DNA of 64,000 bases from Saprospiraceae bacterium. GTDB lineage: Bacteria; Bacteroidota; Bacteroidia; Chitinophagales; Saprospiraceae. Each line of letters starts with the position of its first letter. Positions within the stretch are counted from its first letter, which is position 1. Below, one piece after another: positions 48,378 to 57,012 of this stretch. The notes beneath the pieces were generated by a model that worked only from the letters and a program-made list of their open reading frames with translations, was not told the DNA's origin and did no database searches. The stretch covers positions 137,029-201,028 of the forward strand of contig CBDDLC010000002.1 of NCBI GenBank assembly GCA_965230495.1. The letters are read 5' to 3'. The position numbers and the translations under genes were made by a program.

Positions 48378-49171
48378 CGGATTGAATTTTGGTAATCCTC
48401 GATAATCTCTTTGCATGCGAGGGAAGGTTCACTTTTAGACATAAAGTAACCACCGATTAAAAATCCATCAAAGCCACATTCCTTTAATATTTTGATATCT
48501 TTTCCGTTTTTGATACCACTTTCACTTACTTTAACCGCTTCTTTAGGAAGGGAGTCATATAACTCTAAACTGGTTTTAATGTCTGTATTAAATGTCTTTA
48601 AATCTCTGTTATTGACTCCTATGAGATCAATATTTCCATCATAATGAGTTTGAATTTCAATTTTGTTATGAACCTCTAGTAGTACCTCTAAATGCAAGGA
48701 TTTGGCAAATTGGACAAGCTGCTTACATGAAGAAGGTGTCAGGCAAGTGGCTATTAGTAAAATACAATCCGCACCAATACTTTTTGCTTCCAAAATCTGA
48801 TACTCGTCAATGATGAAATCCTTTCGAAGGATTGGACAAAAATTGTATTTTCTTGCTATCTGGAGGTCTTTATTGCTACCACCAAAAAAATGTGAATCAG
48901 TAAGAACAGAGAGTGCAGAAGCTCCAGATTGCATGTAGGAAATACTGAGCCGTTCAACATCAATATTGTCATTAATGATTCCCTTGCTTGGAGAGCTTCT
49001 TTTTATCTCCGCAATAATCCCTACTTTATCCGGACGTCTGAGATACTGAGAAAGTGAGACTGTTTTTCCACCAAAAAATAAGCTTTTCTCTAACCTTTTG
49101 GTAGTAACCAATTCTTTATGGTTCTGAATCTCCTTTTTCTTATAATCGATTATCGTATTGAGAATATTCAT
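48374..49171 (-). CDS. trpC: Indole-3-glycerol phosphate synthase
   Basis: IIAEIKRSSPSKG, LSVLTD..FF.GS, PILRKDFI.D.YQI and IGVNNRDL. Start chosen at the ATGA overlap with the trpD stop. Confidence 0.92.
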   Translation of the reverse strand: MNILNTIIDYKKKEIQNHKELVTTKRLEKSLFFGGKTVSLSQYLRRPDKVGIIAEIKRSSPSKGIINDNIDVERLSISYMQSGASALSVLTDSHFFGGSNKDLQIARKYNFCPILRKDFIIDEYQILEAKSIGADCILLIATCLTPSSCKQLVQFAKSLHLEVLLEVHNKIEIQTHYDGNIDLIGVNNRDLKTFNTDIKTSLELYDSLPKEAVKVSESGIKNGKDIKILKECGFDGFLIGGYFMSKSEPSLACKEIIEDYQNSIR

Positions 49172-50157
49172 ATGGATAATAGTTTTTGTAATGTTTGGTA
49201 TGCACGATTGCTGTATAGAGATTCTTGAGCTTCTGAGAAACAATCTTTATAAGATTGATCTGGTTTATAACATTGAATAGCCATGGCCGCATTGGCACAT
49301 ACAACTGTATTTTGGGCTGATGTGCCATTTCCCTGAAGGATATTGGTAAATATGTTGACGGCGTCATCGATTGTTCTTCCGCCTAAAAGTTCTTGTGGAT
49401 TTAAGTTTACACTATCTATTTGTTTAGCCTCTAGGATATATTCTTTTTCCGGACTAACCACTTTCACCTTATTAGTAAGACTTATTTCATCATATCCATC
49501 CAGAGAATGCACTATGCGATATGATAAATCTTCTTGCTCATAAATGTATTTATAGTATCGCTGGAGTTGTAATGAAAATACACCCACAAGTTGTTTTCTG
49601 GGAAAGGAAGGATTTACCATTGGCCCTAACATATTAAAAAATGTAGGTATACCTAAATCCTTTCGAATGGGAGCTACTTCTTTCATTGCCGGATGAAAAA
49701 GAGGAGCATGAAGAAATGTAATTCCGGTTCGATCCAATTGTTTTCTTAGCTTGGTTTCCTCATTTGAGAATTTATAACCAAGCTTCTCCATTACATTGGA
49801 AGAACCACATACTGAGCTCACTCCATAATTACCATGCTTGGCAACTTTATAACCAGCTCCGGCTACCACAAAAGATGCCAAAGTACTCACATTAAAAGTA
49901 TCTTTTCCATCACCACCTGTGCCACAAAGGTCAATGGGATCAAAATCTGATAAATCAATTGATAAACAACGTTCTCTAATACATTCACGAAATCCAACCA
50001 ATTCATTCACGGTAATATTTCTCATCTTAAAGACAGTAAGGAAAGCACTAATCTGATTTACGTTGTAGAGGCCATCAGATATTTGTCCAAGTACTTCTTT
50101 TGCCTTCTCTTTGGAAAGATATTTTTGTTTAAATAATTGTTGTAGTATTTCTTTCAT
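49168..50157 (-). CDS. trpD: Anthranilate phosphoribosyltransferase
   Basis: DLCGTGGDG..TFNVST and KHGN...SS..GS motifs. Confidence 0.92.
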   Translation of the reverse strand: MKEILQQLFKQKYLSKEKAKEVLGQISDGLYNVNQISAFLTVFKMRNITVNELVGFRECIRERCLSIDLSDFDPIDLCGTGGDGKDTFNVSTLASFVVAGAGYKVAKHGNYGVSSVCGSSNVMEKLGYKFSNEETKLRKQLDRTGITFLHAPLFHPAMKEVAPIRKDLGIPTFFNMLGPMVNPSFPRKQLVGVFSLQLQRYYKYIYEQEDLSYRIVHSLDGYDEISLTNKVKVVSPEKEYILEAKQIDSVNLNPQELLGGRTIDDAVNIFTNILQGNGTSAQNTVVCANAAMAIQCYKPDQSYKDCFSEAQESLYSNRAYQTLQKLLSI

Positions 50158-50729
50158 TGTTGACTGACTAATTGTAAAAAGTTTTGAATTATTATATTTC
50201 CGCTTTTGGTTAGTATACTTTCCGGATGAAATTGTAACCCATAAAGTTTCATAGAGTTGTTTTCTATAGCCATGATACTTTTATCTTCTTCTGATACAGC
50301 AGTAACTTGAATCAAGTCAGTAAGAGTTTCAGGATTTATCGTCCAAGAGTGATACCGACCAACGGAAATACTTTTTTCGAGTCCTTTAAAAACTAGAGAC
50401 TTTCTTAATTCAATAGATGATTCGACTCCGTGATAAACCTTTTGCATGTTAATGAGGTCTGCACCAAGATGTTCTGCTATGGCTTGATGTCCGAGACAAA
50501 CACCTAAAATGGGAATTTTACCGGCACAATAACTAATGATTTCAGGCATTCTTCCAGCTCCTTGAGGTATTCCAGGACCTGGTGAGAGGACAAGAGCGTC
50601 GTATACTAGACAATCTTCGGGAGTAATTTTATCATTTCTAACTACGTGTGTATTAGAGCAATACTTTTTGATTATGTAAACCAAATTATAAGTAAAACTA
50701 TCGTAATTATCTAAAACTAATATTTTCAT
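50154..50729 (-). CDS. trpG: Anthranilate synthase component II (glutamine amidotransferase)
   Basis: ILVLDNYDSFTYNL, GVCLGHQ and LQFHPES triad motifs. Confidence 0.92.
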   Translation of the reverse strand: MKILVLDNYDSFTYNLVYIIKKYCSNTHVVRNDKITPEDCLVYDALVLSPGPGIPQGAGRMPEIISYCAGKIPILGVCLGHQAIAEHLGADLINMQKVYHGVESSIELRKSLVFKGLEKSISVGRYHSWTINPETLTDLIQVTAVSEEDKSIMAIENNSMKLYGLQFHPESILTKSGNIIIQNFLQLVSQQ

Positions 50730-52138
50730 TTCTGGCTTGCTTTTTTTATTGCTTTTCGTATAGCCCTTAATTTATTATTCACTTCGTTTAACTCGCCTTC
50801 AGGATGACTACCCGCCACGATTCCTGCTCCAGCCTGATAAATCAACATATTGTTTTTACTGAGTATGGATCTGATAATAATAGCGTGATTGACAGAGCCA
50901 TCGAATCCCAAAAATCCTACAGCTCCACCATAAAAATTACGTGTGTCTTTTTCGTTTTTGGCTATTATTTTCATGGCTCTGTATTTAGGGGCTCCACTCA
51001 GTGTTCCGGCCGGGAAGGTATCGGCATAGACATCTATACCATTCCTGTTTTTGAGAAGTTTACCACGAACTTTACTGACCATGTGAATGACCTGTGCAAA
51101 GTACTGGATGTCTGCATAGGTTTCTACTTCTATTTCGCTAGCATTTTTACTTAGATCATTACGAGCTAAATCAACTAACATTACATGTTCGGACATTTCT
51201 TTAGGATTGTTACGAAGTTCATCTGCTTTTCGTCTGTCTTCTTCTGGATCGTTCCCCCTTCTTATGGTTCCGGCAATGGGATTGATGGAAGCCACACCAT
51301 TATGAACTTGTAATTGTGATTCAGGAGATGATCCGAAGATCTTAAAATCCAAATAATCTAAATAGAACAGATAGGGAGAGGGACTTACACTTCTTAAGTG
51401 TCTGTACAAAGTGAAATCGTCTCCTTTAAATGATTGCCGAAATTCTCGAGAGAGCACCACCTGAAATGTATCTCCTAAGAGACAATGATTAATCCCGGTG
51501 GCAACTATTTTTTTGAATTCTTCATCCGTAATAGTTGATATCTCATCTCCGTTGACTTGAAAATCGAAATTGGAGTAATTATTAGACTGAATGATGTCAA
51601 TTATTTTCTTAATATCAGTCTTATTTTTTGGTAAAGTATTTATCGAATGTTCGACAATTATCATTTCTTTTTTGAAGTGGTCCAAAATGATGGTAAATCG
51701 AAATAACTGGTATTTTAGATCTGGATTGTTTTTGAGATTGTCACGTAGTGTTGACAGAGTAATATCTTCCATATATTCTACGGATTCGAAAGAAGAGTAA
51801 CCCCATAAACCTTGGGTTTTAAGTGGTGGCTCGTTTTCTGGTATGTCGAACATTCCAACAAATGATTCAAGGGCTCGAATAATCTCCTGTGGCATTTTAG
51901 TTTCTTTATAGACGATTTCTTCGAAGGGTAATTGATGCTGATATATGTTTCCTTTTGCTTCGAAATGAGCAATAGGGTCAATACAAATGAAACTCTTATT
52001 ATCAGTTCTGTCATGATAATCGGCACTTTCGAATAGCAAACTTCCCGGATAAATATCTCTGAGCTTACTGTAAATACTTACTGGAGTATGCAAATCCGCT
52101 AACAGTTTTAGACATTGGGTATGTATTTTGAATTTCAT
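50726..52138 (-). CDS. trpE: Anthranilate synthase component I
   Basis: LFES..., SPSPYLFY, GTLSGAPK.RAM.II and YGGAVG motifs. Confidence 0.93.
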   Translation of the reverse strand: MKFKIHTQCLKLLADLHTPVSIYSKLRDIYPGSLLFESADYHDRTDNKSFICIDPIAHFEAKGNIYQHQLPFEEIVYKETKMPQEIIRALESFVGMFDIPENEPPLKTQGLWGYSSFESVEYMEDITLSTLRDNLKNNPDLKYQLFRFTIILDHFKKEMIIVEHSINTLPKNKTDIKKIIDIIQSNNYSNFDFQVNGDEISTITDEEFKKIVATGINHCLLGDTFQVVLSREFRQSFKGDDFTLYRHLRSVSPSPYLFYLDYLDFKIFGSSPESQLQVHNGVASINPIAGTIRRGNDPEEDRRKADELRNNPKEMSEHVMLVDLARNDLSKNASEIEVETYADIQYFAQVIHMVSKVRGKLLKNRNGIDVYADTFPAGTLSGAPKYRAMKIIAKNEKDTRNFYGGAVGFLGFDGSVNHAIIIRSILSKNNMLIYQAGAGIVAGSHPEGELNEVNNKLRAIRKAIKKASQK

Positions 52139-52155
52139 AAATTTTATGTTTGAAC

Positions 52156-52188
52156 AAAAAAAAAGGCCCGCGAGAAGCGGGCCTTTTT
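52156..52188 (-). terminator. Intrinsic terminator of the trp attenuator, 17 nt upstream of the trpE ATG
   Basis: Minus-strand RNA reads AAAAA-GGCCCGC-UUCUC-GCGGGCC-U9. The stem is at 52165-52171 / 52177-52183. Confidence 0.7.
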
Positions 52189-52226
52189 ATATTTTAAAAT
52201 ATACGACAATACTACTTCTCAGAACA

Positions 52227-52286
52227 TCATTCTAAAAAGCACCACCACCAAATGTTATGTATTCTCGTATTATCTGTGTAATTCAT
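52227..52286 (-). CDS. trpL: trp operon leader peptide, MNYTDNTRIHNIWWWCFLE
   Basis: 19 codons plus stop, with three consecutive TGG codons at 52242-52250. It is followed 43 nt later by the terminator stem. It is the 3' part of the spurious 67-aa track ORF. Confidence 0.65.
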   Translation of the reverse strand: MNYTDNTRIHNIWWWCFLE

Positions 52287-52445
52287 TGTTTGTCTTCTTT
52301 TACAGAATTGTAAGGCCAAAGATAATTGACATTTTTGTTCTACAAAATATAATTTTATTTTTTTCAATTCCGTCAAATAGGAATTTTGAGTGTCAGGTCT
52401 TAGTAAGATACTACCTGAACAGAATACCATGATGGCTCCTCAGTT

Positions 52446-53438
52446 TTAGGAAAGAGCCATTTCTCTATTGAATTTTCGTCTGTATGATAAGGGGGATAAT
52501 CCGGTATATTTTTTAAATACTTTTCTAAATGCTTTTTCGTCACTATATCCGACACTATACATTACTTCAGCAATATTTAAAGTTGATGATTCCAGATATT
52601 TTTTAGCAGCCTCTATTCTTACTCTTTGAATATATTCGAAAGGTGTATTACGGGTAGCTTTCTTAAATCTACGTATAAAATTTCTACTGCTTGTTACAGA
52701 TTTTTTTGCTAATTCTTCTACACTTAGTTTTTCCTGTAAGTTTTTCTCTATATATGTTTGAATCTCTTTTATGATATGATCATTATGATCTTTTTGACCA
52801 CTAAAAATTATAAACTGATTTTGATCAATACGATCAAAGTCAATTTCTGCCATTTTGGAACACCATATGGCAACTTCCCTTCCGTAATATTTCTCAATCA
52901 GATATATCACCATATTCAAAAAGGAATATGCTCCTCCACTTGAGTAGATACCATTATCTTCACTTATTATTTTGCTTGGAAGAAGATTGATTTTATTGTA
53001 TTTTTTTCTAAACTGGTCATGTACAGCCCAATGAGTAGCACATGACTTACCGTTGAGTAAACCAGTTTCTGCAAGGATAAATGCACTCCTACACAGACTT
53101 GCTATATCTGCGTCATCTTTGATTCGTCTGGTCGTGATCCAATTTATAAGGGCTTGGTTTTTAGGCAAAGCATTTTCAATATTTCCTGTGATCGATGATA
53201 TTACGATCAGATTGGTTTTATTTACTTCATTAATCGTTTTGGTGGGTGTCACTTGAAATAGCTTATGACAAGTTATAGGATGATTGTCAAGACCAACCAG
53301 ATCTATTGAAAAAACATCTTCTTCAGATTTTCCTATTCTTTTTGAATAACTATTGGCCATTCTAAAAAGATTTGATGTGCCCACAATGGTATCTAAAATC
53401 AGATCTCCTTTTGGTATAAGTATGCTGAGATGTTTCAT
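52446..53438 (-). CDS. GlxA-type transcriptional regulator (DJ-1/PfpI-like domain + AraC HTH)
   Basis: Likely start at MKHLSILIP. The C-terminal part has two AraC HTH repeats (LSVEELAKKS..S.RNF.R.FK, IAEVMYSVGYSDEKAFRKVFKKYTGLSP). Confidence 0.8.
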   Translation of the reverse strand: MKHLSILIPKGDLILDTIVGTSNLFRMANSYSKRIGKSEEDVFSIDLVGLDNHPITCHKLFQVTPTKTINEVNKTNLIVISSITGNIENALPKNQALINWITTRRIKDDADIASLCRSAFILAETGLLNGKSCATHWAVHDQFRKKYNKINLLPSKIISEDNGIYSSGGAYSFLNMVIYLIEKYYGREVAIWCSKMAEIDFDRIDQNQFIIFSGQKDHNDHIIKEIQTYIEKNLQEKLSVEELAKKSVTSSRNFIRRFKKATRNTPFEYIQRVRIEAAKKYLESSTLNIAEVMYSVGYSDEKAFRKVFKKYTGLSPLSYRRKFNREMALS

Positions 53439-53569
53439 TAACTTTTTTCCATAAAGGTAAAATATTAATATGTCATTATCAACACCTATTTGTGTCGTAA
53501 ATGACACCTATTAAGTGTCTAATATTGACATACTTTTGTGATATTAATTAATTATTTAAATATTAAACA

Positions 53570-53947
53570 ATGACAAATCAAGAAGTAATGGTGGTATATA
53601 AGTGGACTGCCAGAGAGGGACAATCTGAAGCATTAAAGGCCATTTACAAGGAAGTTTTAGAGCAAATGAAATCTAATGAACCAGGAGCAAAGCATGTAGA
53701 GTGTTATTTTGATGACGCGTCATCAGCATTGGTCGTGATGGATTTATTCGCTGATGCTGGGGCTGTTGGTTTTCATCTGGGAACGACTGCTGCTGGTCAT
53801 TTCGAAGATTTGCTTAAGATAGCAATTCCCGGTGAATTTTTGTTTTGCGGACAGATTCCGGAAGAAATGAGACAAGCAGCCATAGGAATGGGTTTAAATG
53901 CTACTTTCGCTCCTCGTATTTTTGGATTTAATAGAGCCAGTAGCTAG
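53570..53947 (+). CDS. ABM (antibiotic biosynthesis monooxygenase)-like small protein
   Basis: Size and a ferredoxin-like beta-alpha-beta pattern. Weak call. Confidence 0.35.
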   Translation: MTNQEVMVVYKWTAREGQSEALKAIYKEVLEQMKSNEPGAKHVECYFDDASSALVVMDLFADAGAVGFHLGTTAAGHFEDLLKIAIPGEFLFCGQIPEEMRQAAIGMGLNATFAPRIFGFNRASS

Positions 53948-53972
53948 GGTTTATAGGTAGTTAAATATCTAT

Positions 53973-54010
53973 CGTATGACCTCGTTCTTTATAGAGAGGG
54001 AGGTCATACG
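53973..54010 (+). terminator. 11-bp stem hairpin downstream of the ABM-like gene
   Basis: CGTATGACCTC pairs with GAGGTCATACG across a 16-nt loop. Confidence 0.45.
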
Positions 54011-54148
54011 CATTTATTTCGACTGGCGGTAAAATAGTCAGAATAGAAAATCAATAAATAAATAATACTCCCATACTGATTTGTAGATTAGTTGGGTTTA
54101 AAGAGTTCTTTTTTGTTCGAATCTCAATTTATAATTGTTCTGCGATCA

Positions 54149-54346
54149 TCATATTAATTCACTAAAAACGCGAGATCTCAAATCGGAAAGGGCAACAAAG
54201 TCATCTGATTCAATCATTTTCTTAATAATTTCGGTGCTGGGGAATTCAATAATTGCTGTCATTTCGGGAGATTTGTCTCCGATTAGAACTTCAACTTTTT
54301 TAAATCTATATAAAGGTATTCCTCCATTTTTGGTAAAAATTTGCAT
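54149..54346 (-). pseudogene. DUF1330-like fragment (missing the N-terminal quarter or so)
   Basis: ...GGIPLYRFKKVEVLIGD.SPEMTAIIEFPS.E.....ESD.F fits the DUF1330 core, but only 65 aa are present. It lies in the same frame as the upstream 128-aa ORF, separated by a single TGA. Confidence 0.4.
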
Positions 54347-54355
54347 AACACTTTG

Positions 54356-54742
54356 TCAATGTGAATAATCGTAGCTTGATGAATTCCTTGACTTTTGATT
54401 GAGTACTGATTTAAAAATAATGTTACCACTATTTGCAAAGGCTAGGTTCCCTTCCGGAATTTCTACAACTTGGTCCCCAGTAATGGCGACATTGTTGCCT
54501 TGTTTTATATTTATAAAGAAGATCTGATCCTTAAGAGGGTAGTTGAAATTATTTGGTGAGGTGCCCGTTATGGTTTCGAAAAAAGTTTTTCCATTTAGTT
54601 CTATTTTTTTATGATTAGTAACCATGGTTTTTATTGAAGCTATTTGCGAATAATTTTGTGTTACTTTTTTTTCCTGACAAATCGATTCTGAACAATTGTA
54701 TTGAATAGTATTTTGGTGTCTCTGCACTTGAAAACTAATCAT
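54356..54742 (-). CDS. Hypothetical protein, possibly a truncated remnant
   Basis: ORF only; I recognised no motif. It overlaps the upstream pseudogene's end by 4 nt. Confidence 0.25.
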   Translation of the reverse strand: MISFQVQRHQNTIQYNCSESICQEKKVTQNYSQIASIKTMVTNHKKIELNGKTFFETITGTSPNNFNYPLKDQIFFINIKQGNNVAITGDQVVEIPEGNLAFANSGNIIFKSVLNQKSRNSSSYDYSH

Positions 54743-55204
54743 TTTGGAAGTTCGGAAAACAAAGTTGTTCCGGCACCCAGTAAATATGGAATTATGGTTA
54801 TTATCATTTCATCGATCAAATCTTCCTTTAAGAAACTCTGAATCGTTTTTCCTCCATCTATGTATAAGTTATAATAACCTCTATTATGTATTTCTTTTAA
54901 TATCTCACTGAGACTTCCCTTTACCAACTCAACTTTACCTTTGTACTTTTCAGGTATGTGAGTCAAGCTGTTGCTCAGGACGAAGACGGTTTTATCATAA
55001 GGCCATTCTATATCAAATCCACAAACTGTTTCAAAAGTTGCTCTTCCCATAACGATGGCATCAAATGTTAGAAGTAAATTCGATATAACCGAGATCAAGA
55101 TTGTCAGGATTAGGTATCGAATGTAACCAATCTATTTCTCCATTTTTATCCGCTATAAATCCATCCAAACTAGTTGCAATAAAGACCTTGTTTTTTCCTT
55201 TCAT
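54739..55204 (-). pseudogene. RibD_C/dihydrofolate-reductase-like protein disrupted by a 1-nt frameshift
   Basis: The frame from ATG 55204 gives MKGKNKVFIATSLDGFIADKNGEIDWLHSIPNPDNLDLGYIEFTSNI-stop at 55061. The remainder (..TFDAIVMGRATFE...LYIDGGKTIQSFL...DEMIITIIPYLLG.G) continues in another frame as the 119-aa track ORF. Confidence 0.7.
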
Positions 55205-55287
55205 TTTCACGTAAATGAGCTAACATTTATATTAATTTAAACTTCCAGTATTTTGACTCGACCATATTCATTATGCAATGCAAAACT

Positions 55288-56250
55288 TTATTTACGAAAC
55301 AGATTGTCAATCCACTCTATACAATCTTGATTATCCATTATTGACCACGAATGGGGATGTTTAGTCCCATCAAGACGAAATCCTTGACCCATGGTTATTA
55401 TTACAGTAGCATTTTTATTTCCCATTAATTTCAAGTCATTGACCATTGCTACAATGTCGGTTCCATTCCAATCATATAAATCTCTTTTTCTTTCATTAAG
55501 TAACCAGTCTACATCCAAATCCGTATACATCCTAATTGGAATTTCTCTTAGATATTTAGCATTTCCACCCTTTTCGACACCATAAGAGTAAATTGAGTTC
55601 TCAATATATTTTTCAGGATACTCTTTTGGAGAACCACCGTAGATTTGGTTATAATTATTGATAATCCATCGTGCCTCATTCACACCGACTTTGGAATGAT
55701 TACGTTTGATTTCTCTTTCACAATATTGATATAGATGAGTCTTATCCAGCGGAACATCCAAACCAAATACACCCTTGGGTTTCAAAAAGGTGGTATTATG
55801 ATTTCTAACAGCATGCTGCGTATATGTCAAAGAGATCATTCCCCCATTTGACAATCCGCCCAAAACAAATTTGTTTTTCGGAATATTGTGATCTTTTACG
55901 ACCGATTCAAAAATGTTGTTTAGAAGCTTAATTTCTTCCATTCTGTCTTCGGTACCCCAATTTATGGAAGGAATAATTGTGGCAATGCCCATATCAAATG
56001 CCAGATAAGGTAACTCTACTTGTTTTATTAAATCCTGAAGAGTTTCTCCACTTGGTGGTAAAAGAACTATGGCTCCTCTAATTTCAGTATTAGGTACCAG
56101 TTTTAGATAAAACAAGTCAGTATTATTACCATCGTTAATATATAGATCAACTGTATCTTTCTGGGTCAGTTGAATCCGTTCAAAACTCTGAGCGTTACAT
56201 GAGATAGAAGAGAAAAGCAATAGCATTAAAGTGAAGTTGGTTGTATTCAT
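55288..56250 (-). CDS. Secreted alpha/beta-hydrolase-like protein
   Basis: Signal peptide and a GGLSNGG nucleophile-elbow-like motif. Confidence 0.45.
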   Translation of the reverse strand: MNTTNFTLMLLLFSSISCNAQSFERIQLTQKDTVDLYINDGNNTDLFYLKLVPNTEIRGAIVLLPPSGETLQDLIKQVELPYLAFDMGIATIIPSINWGTEDRMEEIKLLNNIFESVVKDHNIPKNKFVLGGLSNGGMISLTYTQHAVRNHNTTFLKPKGVFGLDVPLDKTHLYQYCEREIKRNHSKVGVNEARWIINNYNQIYGGSPKEYPEKYIENSIYSYGVEKGGNAKYLREIPIRMYTDLDVDWLLNERKRDLYDWNGTDIVAMVNDLKLMGNKNATVIITMGQGFRLDGTKHPHSWSIMDNQDCIEWIDNLFRK

Positions 56251-56416
56251 TTGTTGTTTTTTTAATCGTAATTAATAATATGATTATCTCATTCTTCTTT
56301 CATTAAAGTTGCCAATTAGTTTTACCGGAACTTGACTATCTCTTATAATTTGATAAGTTAAGATAATTAACTTAAAGTTCTTTAAAATAAATCTCTTGAC
56401 TTAATCTCTAAAAAAA

Positions 56417-56442
56417 TGAACCTTTTTATTGTTTCTTAGTCT
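56417..56442 (+). promoter_or_regulatory. Candidate ECF-type promoter (TGAACC-N16-GTCT) upstream of the sigma gene
   Basis: atGAACCtttttattgtttcttaGTCTtt lies about 27 nt before the GTG start at 56469. It resembles the generic ECF pattern AAC-N16/17-CGT/GTC. Confidence 0.35.
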
Positions 56443-56468
56443 TTGGGATGTAATTCAATTATTACCAG

Positions 56469-56987
56469 GTGAAAAGAAGGCAGAATCCTACGGACAGATT
56501 TCTCTTAAGCAGGTATAGAGAAGGGGAGACATCGATACTGCCTATATTGGTAAAACGTTATCACAAATCCTTTTGTGAAAAAGCTTTTTGGGTAACAAAG
56601 GACAAAGAAATGTCCAAAGATATTGCCCAAGAATGTTGGTTTACAATAATTAATAACCTGCATGCTCTTAATAACTTAGATAGCTTTGAAAGTTGGGCTT
56701 ATCGGATTGTTTATACTAAGTCCATAGACTCTTTGAAAAGGAAAAACCAAACCACCAATAATTTAAGAGCTATTGGAAATATGGAACTAAAAGAAGAAAC
56801 AACTAGGTACGAGAATAATTCAATACTAAAAGCATTGAAGAGAGCTATTGGGAAGTTGTCAAAAGAGAAGCAAGATGTTATAAGATTATTTTATTTGGAA
56901 GAATATTCTATTCTGGAAATAAGTGATTTTTTATGTATTCCCAAAGGAACCGTAAAATCTAGATTGTTTAAAGCAAGAGAAAAATAG
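56469..56987 (+). CDS. ECF-type RNA polymerase sigma-70 family factor
   Basis: Region 2 (DIAQECWFTII...FESWAYRIVYTKSID) and region 4 (QDVIRLFYLEEYSILEISDFLCIPKGTVKSRLFKAR). Confidence 0.8.
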   Translation: MKRRQNPTDRFLLSRYREGETSILPILVKRYHKSFCEKAFWVTKDKEMSKDIAQECWFTIINNLHALNNLDSFESWAYRIVYTKSIDSLKRKNQTTNNLRAIGNMELKEETTRYENNSILKALKRAIGKLSKEKQDVIRLFYLEEYSILEISDFLCIPKGTVKSRLFKAREK

Positions 56988-57012
56988 AAGTCAATATTGA
57001 AAAAAAATAATT

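Noticed and set aside
52227-52430. A 67-aa ORF upstream of trpE in the supplied track.
   Set aside because: The long N-terminal part has no protein-like features and covers the probable promoter region. Only the last 19 codons (from the internal Met, with WWW) make biological sense, as a leader peptide.
54041-54130. A TTCGAATC T-loop-like string, considered as a possible tRNA.
   Set aside because: No acceptor, D or anticodon stems can be drawn around it. The match is an isolated TTCGAA palindrome.
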